From positions 1 to 39,612 of the IMG/VR virus record IMGVR_UViG_3300020716_000017: DNA of 39,612 nucleotides; one strand, written 5' to 3'. Shown here piece after piece: positions 1 to 7,491 of the stretch. This DNA is from a virus. Taxonomy: Duplodnaviria > Caudoviricetes. The translations under genes and the position numbers were made by a program. Within the stretch, counting starts at the first letter, position 1. Every line of letters begins with the position of its first letter. The notes under the pieces are model-generated. The model saw only the letters and a program-made list of their open reading frames with translations. It was not told the origin of the DNA and did no database searches.

Positions 1-310
1 CCTTGCCTCGCTGCCATGTCCCGTGTGGTGGCAATTCTACGTCTGGCCTTCTCTGATACTGCCGGCGCTTCACTTCGGTTCGACGTTGTGAGGCGGTCAT
101 CCCACCCCACACGCCAAAGTCCTTCTCATGAACGAGCGCCCAATCCAGACACTCCTGCTGAACAGGACACCCTAGACAGAACCGACACGCTGCTTTCAGG
201 TCCGCCTTGATTGCCTCCTTGGTCCTGAACACAGTGATGTATTCGTCGGGGTAGAACACGGATGTCATGTCCTGGCCCCGACACTTCGCTTCCTCCCGCC
301 AATCCTTCAC
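1..310 (-). CDS. whiB: WhiB-family Fe-S transcription factor (3'-partial, runs off window start)
   Basis: Manual translation from GTG at 310: MKDWREEAKCRGQDMTSVFYPD...CRFCLGCPVQQECLDWALVHEKDFGVWGGMTASQRR. Four-Cys spacing and GVWGG signature. No stop in window, so absent from the ORF track. Confidence 0.92.
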   Translation of the reverse strand, partial: MKDWREEAKCRGQDMTSVFYPDEYITVFRTKEAIKADLKAACRFCLGCPVQQECLDWALVHEKDFGVWGGMTASQRRTEVKRRQYQRRPDVELPPHGTWQRGK

Positions 311-609
311 TATGCGATAGCCATCTTGATCGCCGTGAGCAACTTGGCGTGTTCGGCAGCAACCTTGCAAAGTTCATCATTGCTTTCCGAGAACTCTTGG
401 ATGCGCTGAATGAAGTCCTTGTTTTCGGCCTCGCAATCGGCCAGTTCAACCAACAACTTGCGAATGATCGGGTCCACATCTGAACCCCATCCTTCCTGAC
501 CCAAGTGTTCGGTGATCCACTCAACCGACCGCTCCGATATTGCTTGACGCTCTGCGTTCATTTCTGCCTCCTGTTCGTAGACTTCAAGTGTCTGCTTCAT
601 CATTGCCAT
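310..609 (-). CDS. Hypothetical coiled-coil protein
   Basis: 99 aa, translationally coupled to both neighbours. Confidence 0.7.
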   Translation of the reverse strand: MAMMKQTLEVYEQEAEMNAERQAISERSVEWITEHLGQEGWGSDVDPIIRKLLVELADCEAENKDFIQRIQEFSESNDELCKVAAEHAKLLTAIKMAIA

Positions 610-1340
610 TAGAACGGTTCCTCTCCTGCTGCGTACTCAACTGCGCCGGGGAAGGCATCAGTGAGCGCCTTAGTCTGACCACTACGCTTGCCCGAGTCAA
701 GAACCTTTCGAGCGGCATTGAACCCTGCGCCCAACTGCTTGTCGCTGAGCTTGCCGAACTCCCTGCCCTTGGCGACGAGATCCTTAAGGAACCCTTGGCT
801 TGGGTCTGCCTCATGGCCCTCAACAATCACAGCCCACCGACTGTCCGACTCAATCTCCATGCGAGGTGAGTTGGACTTGGTTGGGACTGGCGGTGCGTAG
901 GTTTCCTTCTTTGCCTGCGTTACAGCCTGCCGTGCCTGCTGCACACCCTTGGGGTTAGACGCTGCGTTGCCATCGTCATCGTTGTCAGCGACGAGTCCAA
1001 GGACAGCCATGTACGCATAGCGCCGACCGTAGGTGACAGCACTACCCTGTCCCTGCGGATCGCTCTTGGGCAGGTGCAGCACCATTGAGTTAGCGATGTA
1101 CTCGCCCGATGAGTGCAGCAGGTAAGTGGTCAGTGTGTCCACGCCTGCCTCGTTGCTGATGTGCTGCGAGATGGACAGCCCATGCTTGGTCAGCACAGGG
1201 GTCGCAACCTGGACCACGGTGGCAAGGTCCGCGTACTTCGACTTGAAGAACGGGTTTGCCGACTCCTTGGGTACTGCCGAAAACTCAGCCTGTGCTGCGC
1301 TCAGGGCAGTAGCCAGTTCCTTGAGGGTTTCGCTCTGCAT
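609..1340 (-). CDS. erf: ERF-family single-strand annealing protein
   Basis: NPFFKSKYADL and PQGQGSAVTYGRRYAYMAVLGLVADNDDDGN motifs. Confidence 0.93.
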   Translation of the reverse strand: MQSETLKELATALSAAQAEFSAVPKESANPFFKSKYADLATVVQVATPVLTKHGLSISQHISNEAGVDTLTTYLLHSSGEYIANSMVLHLPKSDPQGQGSAVTYGRRYAYMAVLGLVADNDDDGNAASNPKGVQQARQAVTQAKKETYAPPVPTKSNSPRMEIESDSRWAVIVEGHEADPSQGFLKDLVAKGREFGKLSDKQLGAGFNAARKVLDSGKRSGQTKALTDAFPGAVEYAAGEEPF

Positions 1341-1711
1341 CAGAACGCCTCCGTGGTCTGCTTCTCAAGCTTGGTAACGCCGGCCAACTGCCAACGAAGG
1401 TTCACGCCGATCTCGTCAGCGATGAACGGCAACGATGCTGCGGTGGTCCCGTCCTTCTTCTCATACACACGGGGAGACTCGATGCGCCCGATGGCGATGA
1501 TGTCCGTACCCTTAGCCAGAGACTCGGTGACGTTCTCGGCCAGTGAACCGAACACTGTGACATCGTGCCAAACAGTTTCGGATTGCCACTCGCTGCCCAC
1601 CTTGCGACGACGCTCGACAGCAACGGAGAACCGTGCCGTGGGCGTGCCACTGTCTGAGTAGGAAAGCTTGGGGTCTGCGCCCAAGCGTCCAGTGATGGAT
1701 GATACCTGCAT
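1340..1711 (-). CDS. ssb: Single-stranded DNA-binding protein
   Basis: ITGRLGADPKL, FSVAV, WHDVTVFGSLAENV, KGTDIIAIGRI. Start at 1711 overlaps the upstream TAA. Confidence 0.93.
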   Translation of the reverse strand: MQVSSITGRLGADPKLSYSDSGTPTARFSVAVERRRKVGSEWQSETVWHDVTVFGSLAENVTESLAKGTDIIAIGRIESPRVYEKKDGTTAASLPFIADEIGVNLRWQLAGVTKLEKQTTEAF

Positions 1712-2550
1712 TACTTCCTCCCAATCTGGATCAGGGGTGTTCCTGGTCCATCGTTGACGCATTGCTCCATGTATGAGCAGTATTGACAGCGCCAATCTTG
1801 CTTCGCTCCCTCGGGTGAGAGAGACATCTCATTGCCCTTGTCGTCAATGGCGAACCGCTCAGGCAACACGCCTGCCTCGAGGTCGTCAATGATCCGCAAC
1901 TGTCGGGCGATCTCCTGATCTGCGAGTGGTTCCCACGCTTCCTTGGGAATCCAGAACTCGCTGATGATCCGCATGGCTTCGGGCAGAGCCATCTGTGCTG
2001 CCATGCCCTTGCTCACGGCTTCAAGTGCAATGTGTCCGACACAGATCCACTCACAGTCGTTGGCCTTAGCGTTCAGGGCTGACTGCAAAACTGTGGAGAA
2101 TCGGGGACCGCTTGGGTTCTCGATCTTTGGTGGCCGAGTCTTGATGCCTGACGCTGACTTGTACGCCGTGCCGTTCATGGTCTTGAGTTCGTAGAGAACC
2201 CTCCCGTAATCGGGATGATTGATGACACCATCACAGTGACCCGATGAGGTAGCCACCTGCGTCGGGATCTCAAAAGTTGAGTCAGGGTAACGCTTGGCGA
2301 TTGCCTCCTGCACCTGTTCGTGGATCATCGTGCCGAGTCCAGTGACCAGCGTGCCAGCCATGTCAAACGGCTCACCCTCAAAACCGAGAGCGGAGTATGC
2401 CATAGCTCGGGCGCACTTGCCTGAGTCGCTGTAGCGGAACGGAGTGTCAAAGGCTTGGGGCTTCTTGCCACGGGCCTCGTTCTCTGCCATCTGATCCTCA
2501 AGCCACAGGTGGGAGAAGATCGGTGCGGTTGGGTTGGTCCACTCAGCCAT
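1711..2550 (-). CDS. Cas4/RecB-like PD-(D/E)XK exonuclease
   Basis: N-terminal Cys (SGKCAR), GTMIH, GHCDG, ELKT, C-terminal CQYCSYMEQC; next to ssb/erf. Confidence 0.85.
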   Translation of the reverse strand: MAEWTNPTAPIFSHLWLEDQMAENEARGKKPQAFDTPFRYSDSGKCARAMAYSALGFEGEPFDMAGTLVTGLGTMIHEQVQEAIAKRYPDSTFEIPTQVATSSGHCDGVINHPDYGRVLYELKTMNGTAYKSASGIKTRPPKIENPSGPRFSTVLQSALNAKANDCEWICVGHIALEAVSKGMAAQMALPEAMRIISEFWIPKEAWEPLADQEIARQLRIIDDLEAGVLPERFAIDDKGNEMSLSPEGAKQDWRCQYCSYMEQCVNDGPGTPLIQIGRK

Positions 2551-2761
2551 GAAGGTGTCCGTTCTGCTCCGGCTCGGGCTGAACTTCTGGCTCGCCCTCA
2601 TGCTTGATGTAAACGGATTCCAGTTCAAACAGCATTGTGCTGAATGAGTTGCTCAGAGCAAGCAGTTCGTCACTGATCTGCTTGAGTGCGTTTCCCATCG
2701 CTGCTGCACGTTGACCAATCTCAACGACACGCTTGATGGATTGCTGTGGTGTTTGTGCCAC
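2543..2761 (-). CDS. Hypothetical protein
   Basis: 72 aa with strong AAGGGAGG RBS, overlaps next gene. Confidence 0.7.
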   Translation of the reverse strand: MAQTPQQSIKRVVEIGQRAAAMGNALKQISDELLALSNSFSTMLFELESVYIKHEGEPEVQPEPEQNGHLHG

Positions 2762-2805
2762 GTTGCCTCCCTTGATCTTGCCGCCGGTTGGCGACAGGGA
2801 GAAAG

Positions 2806-3000
2806 TTAGGCGCTCAGCAATTCAATGTCAAGCGATTTGCACTCATGCCCGTGGAAAATTTCTGCAAGCTCTGACATCAGGCGAGTGGTCTGCGGAAGAT
2901 TGCCGAGGTATCCCACTTCGTATCGAGCGTTGCAGTCGGAGCAGTAAGCCTGTAGGTGCATGGGAAAAGTCCTCGTTGTGATCTTCGGTGGGAAGGTCAC
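2806..3000 (-). CDS. Small hypothetical protein (CxxC...HxC)
   Basis: 64 aa ORF filling the gap; start uncertain. Confidence 0.5.
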   Translation of the reverse strand: MTFPPKITTRTFPMHLQAYCSDCNARYEVGYLGNLPQTTRLMSELAEIFHGHECKSLDIELLSA

Positions 3001-3020
3001 AGTATCAGATCAGAGGACTC

Positions 3021-3857
3021 TCAACCTGCCCATTCCAAGCCATATTTCTTGGTCACAAAATCTGCCACGGGCATCCCCTCGTAGCGTCGGCAGAGAAAGT
3101 CAAGCGATACTTCCATCAAGTCGTAGTCACCGTCACGGACCTGGTGCAGCACCAAGATCCCACGCCACTCGCCCATCGCTTGCGGGCCTCGATAGCCTTC
3201 GCTCTTTAGGTAGCACGACCCTGCCACGATGCCCCTGCGCCTGCCGGCGATAGTCTCCACCATGCCAACCTTGAGTCCCTGCTGGTGGCCCTGCACAAAG
3301 GATGCACCGATGGACTTGATGCGAGTCTCAATCATCCCCGAGATGGCTCGACCATTGGAGTTGTTGACGAAGAAGTGTGAGTAGTTCACACCGTCCAGCG
3401 ACAGCACGTTCAGGAACGGATGGACCTGCCAGCCCGAACGCTCGTAGTCAAGGTCGCTGAGTTTCAGCTTGCCTTCCAGCCGAGGGTCTTGCTGCACCGC
3501 ACGACTGATGTGGTTCTCATGGTTGCCAAGCAAGATGTGGCGCTCAGGGTTCCACTTCTTCTCCTTGAACTGCCGGCGCTTCTTGTTGTACGCAACCAAC
3601 GGCTCGTTGAGTTCGGCCCATGCTGCGTTGGACGAAGTGATGTCGTCCTCGTAGGTCATGCCTTGCTGTTCAAGCGGAGAGTTGTGGACCGACAGAGAGT
3701 TCATGGCAGCGTGGTCGCCAAGGTGAATGACCTTGACGTTCTTCCTGCCGGCGAAGTGGTCAACGAGATAGTTGCCAATCCACCTACACATATCTGTGGG
3801 GTCGCCCGGTTCAATCTGCGTGTCAGGTATGACAACGTGTGTGATCGGGTCCGACAT
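3021..3857 (-). CDS. Calcineurin-like metallophosphoesterase
   Basis: IPDTQ, HLGDH, LLGNHE, SHFF, GHQQ motifs; GGAGG RBS before ATG 3857. Confidence 0.88.
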   Translation of the reverse strand: MSDPITHVVIPDTQIEPGDPTDMCRWIGNYLVDHFAGRKNVKVIHLGDHAAMNSLSVHNSPLEQQGMTYEDDITSSNAAWAELNEPLVAYNKKRRQFKEKKWNPERHILLGNHENHISRAVQQDPRLEGKLKLSDLDYERSGWQVHPFLNVLSLDGVNYSHFFVNNSNGRAISGMIETRIKSIGASFVQGHQQGLKVGMVETIAGRRRGIVAGSCYLKSEGYRGPQAMGEWRGILVLHQVRDGDYDLMEVSLDFLCRRYEGMPVADFVTKKYGLEWAG

Positions 3858-3859
3858 GA

Positions 3860-4378
3860 CTACCTCCTGGTAGTTCTCCCCTGCGCCCAACATGCTAGTT
3901 CAGCAGGAGTCACTTGGTAGGGATCTCCACCGTCAGGTACTTCCCATCCGCCATGCTCCCATGCCCGAGCCACTAGGCCCGAGCAGATCAGAGCCTCGCC
4001 GTGTCTGCGAAAGTCAAAGCGAATCCACTTTGGGGTAAGCAACGAAAGAGCGATAGAGAAAATGGTGGCTACCGAGTAGCGCACACCGACTTGCCTGAGT
4101 GCGTAGTCCACGGCTCGAACCCTGTCCACGTTTGCAGGACAGGCGAAGATGGCTGTGCTGCCACCGGGCGACACTTCGCTCAGGTCAATAGTGACGCAGC
4201 GACGGGACATCTGAGTGCAGCGGATCGTGCCATCAGCCTTGATGCTGGTGACGATGGCCGCATGATTCCAATACTTGTAGGGTCGCCATGACGGACGGAG
4301 CCACTGACCGAACCGGATCAGAGTGCTGAACGCACCCTTACCGTGTGCAAGAACAAGGTCGCCTGGTTGTACCTTCAC
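3860..4378 (-). CDS. Permuted papain-like NlpC/P60 (YiiX/YaeF-like) enzyme
   Basis: QPGDLVL, WNHAAIV (His first) ... ALICSGLVARAW (Cys last); GTGA overlap with upstream gene. Confidence 0.82.
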   Translation of the reverse strand: MKVQPGDLVLAHGKGAFSTLIRFGQWLRPSWRPYKYWNHAAIVTSIKADGTIRCTQMSRRCVTIDLSEVSPGGSTAIFACPANVDRVRAVDYALRQVGVRYSVATIFSIALSLLTPKWIRFDFRRHGEALICSGLVARAWEHGGWEVPDGGDPYQVTPAELACWAQGRTTRR

Positions 4379-4749
4379 AGTTTCCCCTTTAGGACAAGTA
4401 TCTCTCGTTCCATCCAACGGATCTTTGCGTCACGCTTGTCGTCCTCTGCTGCTTCTTCCTCGTCCTCAATCCCTGACGAGAGATGGGTAGCGTGCATGGT
4501 GACGAAGAACCCTGTGATGAGGATGGGGATGACACCGAACCAACCCCGCCAACCAAACGAGTGCGTAAGTTGCACACCCGACACCGACAGAATGGTGATC
4601 TTGGCAAGGTCGCCGGCAGCGTCCATTGCTCCTGCGAGAACCCCTCGACCTGCCGCTACAGCCCTAACGAGAATCGTTCCTACCGTGTCCTGCACAGCCA
4701 TGCCCACACAGCCGAGTGCGGAGTAGCCGACAACGCTCCACCAACTCAT
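4375..4749 (-). CDS. Multi-pass membrane protein
   Basis: Several hydrophobic segments and a charged C-terminus; in the lysis-proximal cluster. Confidence 0.7.
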   Translation of the reverse strand: MSWWSVVGYSALGCVGMAVQDTVGTILVRAVAAGRGVLAGAMDAAGDLAKITILSVSGVQLTHSFGWRGWFGVIPILITGFFVTMHATHLSSGIEDEEEAAEDDKRDAKIRWMEREILVLKGKL

Positions 4750-4922
4750 AGCTTCTTCAAATCAATGCCGTGCTTGGTACACTTTTTGCCTTTGTACAAG
4801 CCAGCGTCCAACGCTACTTTCTTCTTGCTACAACAATGGAAAATAATGCAGTCCCAACAATCAGGCCACGGATCAGCAACAGGTTTTCCGCAACGACATG
4901 CGTAAACAGATTCATCAGGCAT
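4746..4922 (-). CDS. Small Cys-rich hypothetical protein (58 aa)
   Basis: MPDESVYACRCGKPVADPWPDCWDCIIFHCC..., ATGA-coupled to next gene. An alternative 33 aa hydrophobic ORF (4814-4915) overlaps it. Confidence 0.45.
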   Translation of the reverse strand: MPDESVYACRCGKPVADPWPDCWDCIIFHCCSKKKVALDAGLYKGKKCTKHGIDLKKL

Positions 4923-5283
4923 CCTTCACAATCCTCTCAAGGATCTGGCGAACATCGTCAAGGACTTCGCCTTCTTCCTCTAGTTCCACGCTCTGCTGTT
5001 CAGCAATCTTCTTGATGTCCAGTGCGATTTTCCGAATTTCCTCAGACGTTGCTGCGCCGTTGTGGGCGAGGGCAGGCTGAGTGATGGCGGAGTAGATGGT
5101 GAGGATGGCAAGAAGGTAGAAGTAGTGCGGGTCAAGGTGGGGCCAGACAATCTCAATGATGCAGATGGCAAAGCAGACAGCAAGGGTCTGCCACACACCG
5201 GCTCCACTACTGAACCATTTATCAAACCGATACAGGACCGTTTGTCCCCATTTGTGGGTCCAGTCTTTCCAACGCTGGATCAC
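4915..5283 (-). CDS. DUF1003-like membrane protein
   Basis: Two TM segments separated by DPHYFYLL, followed by a coiled coil. Confidence 0.6.
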   Translation of the reverse strand: MIQRWKDWTHKWGQTVLYRFDKWFSSGAGVWQTLAVCFAICIIEIVWPHLDPHYFYLLAILTIYSAITQPALAHNGAATSEEIRKIALDIKKIAEQQSVELEEEGEVLDDVRQILERIVKDA

Positions 5284-5615
5284 TTGTCACGCCCTTCGTG
5301 CCAGCCTTCGTGTCGAGCGAACTTGATGTCAAGCTTGTCAAGGTCATCCCGAACCGAGTCAAGTTCGTTCTTGATCTCTGTCTGACGCTGCGTCAGTGTG
5401 TCCACTTTGGACTCAATACGCTTGATCGCATCGGCCATAGACGATCCACCATTGGGAGTAACTGCCTGTCGTACCACGCCGATCCGTTCCTCAACGCCGT
5501 TGATAATTTGATTGTGCATCCACCGCCAGCCAGCGATGAGGAATCCACCAATGAACCCTGCCGATACAACAACCGACAGGATGGTGTTGGTCCAGTTGAG
5601 ACTTACGCCAATCAT
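5280..5615 (-). CDS. Single-TM coiled-coil protein (holin-like/lysis accessory)
   Basis: N-terminal TM, PNGGSSMADAIKRIE motif, directly downstream of endolysin. Confidence 0.6.
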   Translation of the reverse strand: MIGVSLNWTNTILSVVVSAGFIGGFLIAGWRWMHNQIINGVEERIGVVRQAVTPNGGSSMADAIKRIESKVDTLTQRQTEIKNELDSVRDDLDKLDIKFARHEGWHEGRDK

Positions 5616-6409
5616 GGCAACTGCGCTGCGCCCCACCCGTTACCCGAGGTAGCAAAATAGAAAGCAAACCCACGGCTGTCCTCAACCATGACGGTGAGTT
5701 GTCCGTTGGACACAGCAGCCTGCGGAACCTGGTCGGGGAACGTGGCGCTCACCTTGGAGGTGCCACCCGAGGGACCAGCAACACCTTCGTTTGTCCAAAC
5801 CCCACCAATGTTGGCCTTGTGCCAGAGAGTGTTTGATGACACCTGAAAGACATCAAGACGACCGGGCTTGAATGAACTGATAACGGGAGATACTGCCATG
5901 TTGATGTCCTTTGGGGGAGTAGGTACTACGGGTGATGCGAGGTCAAGAATCTGTTGGCGCTGAGCCTTGCGGAGATCGCCGGGGCATCCTGTGTGACCGC
6001 CCCAATCCGCTCCGCCCATGCCGTGCCATCCGAAGCCACGACCGTTCACGTCCTCAGCAATGATCTTGGGCCAGCGGTAGGTAGCCATGCCCCATGCGTA
6101 GAGCTTGGCAAGGGTACTGATCTGTGCGTCAGTCAATGGCTCGGTGGGAACACCCTCAGTCTCAACTGAGTTCCACGTTGCGTTGCCCGACATCTGCGCC
6201 CATGCGACCTGATCGGAGTCAACGTACTGCTCAAGGGTTCCGTCCTTACCAACCCACCATGTGGCCGAGGCTTGGTAACTAGGGTTTGAGAACAGCCCGT
6301 AGCAAGAGTTGTTGCCTGCCTGAACGTGCAGGACCAGCCCATTGTGGGCGCTCATCGGTCCCGAGTGGTTAGGGACAGGGAGCCACTTGGCAAAGTCAAC
6401 TACGGCCAT
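5612..6409 (-). CDS. Endolysin, N-acetylmuramoyl-L-alanine amidase (Amidase_2) with C-terminal binding module
   Basis: LVLHVQAG, SATWWV, QVAWAQ, SVETEG, WHG...HTGCPG zinc-amidase motifs. True start at 6409 overlaps the upstream TAA. Confidence 0.9.
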   Translation of the reverse strand: MAVVDFAKWLPVPNHSGPMSAHNGLVLHVQAGNNSCYGLFSNPSYQASATWWVGKDGTLEQYVDSDQVAWAQMSGNATWNSVETEGVPTEPLTDAQISTLAKLYAWGMATYRWPKIIAEDVNGRGFGWHGMGGADWGGHTGCPGDLRKAQRQQILDLASPVVPTPPKDINMAVSPVISSFKPGRLDVFQVSSNTLWHKANIGGVWTNEGVAGPSGGTSKVSATFPDQVPQAAVSNGQLTVMVEDSRGFAFYFATSGNGWGAAQLP

Positions 6410-7473
6410 TAGGCGAGAGGTCCGAGGTAGGTGGCTTGGAAGTAGTTGTTCAGTGCGCCGATTCCTACGTTCTGAACCGTGGCTCCCGTGCCCGTACTGT
6501 ACGCCTGCAAGTAAACGGTAGTGGTGGCAGAGATTTCTACGTCTGCGCTGATGTTGACACCAGTGCCAAGCGGAGTGTGAGGGGCAACTGCCGCACCGTG
6601 GTTCACGGCAAGTGTCCCATTGTTCACGACAAATCGAGCGTAGAGATAGTTGCTTGTGTTGGCTGCGGTAGTAATCAAGCCAGTGAAACGGTAGACACCC
6701 GATTTGGTGATGCTGATAACTCCGGTGGATGAGTTGAACGACATCCCGCCACCAAGGACTGAACCCCAAGTGTTGTTGAACGGGATCGTGGCAAAGCCAG
6801 AAGTGCTGATCGTCTTGGTTCCAGAGTCAACAATGACTGTGAGTTGGCCAGGGACAGGAGGGGTGATCGGCTTCCAGCCACCCGTGCCAGTTGCCGTAGC
6901 AATTTGTAGTTCTCCCGTGTCGGTCTGATACCAAAGCTGTCCGATAGCGGTGGCGCTGTTGGATGAGTTTGAAGCGTTGTTGAACGAGACATCCACAGGA
7001 GCGGTCCACTGAGGGGCAGTACCGCTAGAGGTAAGAACTCGCTGTGCAGCGCCGATGCCAAGTCGAGTCAGAGCGTTAGCGCCTGAACCGTACAGCAAGT
7101 CGCCGGCAGTAGTGACCTTGCCGATGGTGTTGTAGACAGCAAGATTGGCCTCGTCAATGTCGTGGGCTGAAACAACCGGCACACAGACAGCGTTGGACGA
7201 GTGAGTCGTAGCGGTTGAACCGTCATAGCCACGGGTAACTACCGTGACCACGTTGGACGAAATGCCTGAGCAAAGGATCTTTTCTTCAGACGTACCGCCG
7301 TAGTCAACAGCGACCACGAAGTTACCGTTGATGCCAAGGGCACTATTCCCGTCAGCAATGTCAATCCAGCTTGAAGCGTCAAGAACGGTGAACGTCATGT
7401 CTCCCGCCGCCATGCTTGCAGCAAGGGTGGTTGACAGGGCGCTGCCTGAGTACGACTTATTGGTGTATGCCAT
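6409..7473 (-). CDS. Tail fibre / minor structural protein
   Basis: T/S/G-rich; TTAGDLLYG...LTRLGIG fibre motif; C-terminal C1q-like beta domain (SGVYRFTG). Confidence 0.75.
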   Translation of the reverse strand: MAYTNKSYSGSALSTTLAASMAAGDMTFTVLDASSWIDIADGNSALGINGNFVVAVDYGGTSEEKILCSGISSNVVTVVTRGYDGSTATTHSSNAVCVPVVSAHDIDEANLAVYNTIGKVTTAGDLLYGSGANALTRLGIGAAQRVLTSSGTAPQWTAPVDVSFNNASNSSNSATAIGQLWYQTDTGELQIATATGTGGWKPITPPVPGQLTVIVDSGTKTISTSGFATIPFNNTWGSVLGGGMSFNSSTGVISITKSGVYRFTGLITTAANTSNYLYARFVVNNGTLAVNHGAAVAPHTPLGTGVNISADVEISATTTVYLQAYSTGTGATVQNVGIGALNNYFQATYLGPLA

Positions 7474-7491
7474 GATACAATCCTATCTCTT

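Noticed and set aside
1711-2550. Cas4-like gene as evidence of a CRISPR-Cas system
   Set aside because: No repeat-spacer array or other cas genes; its ssb/erf context indicates a phage recombination exonuclease.
5612-6769. ORF-track N-terminal extensions (endolysin from 6769, SSB from 1795, portal from 29364, parB from 32891 and others)
   Set aside because: They overlap upstream genes or promoters; shorter starts have coupled stop-start overlaps or strong RBSs.
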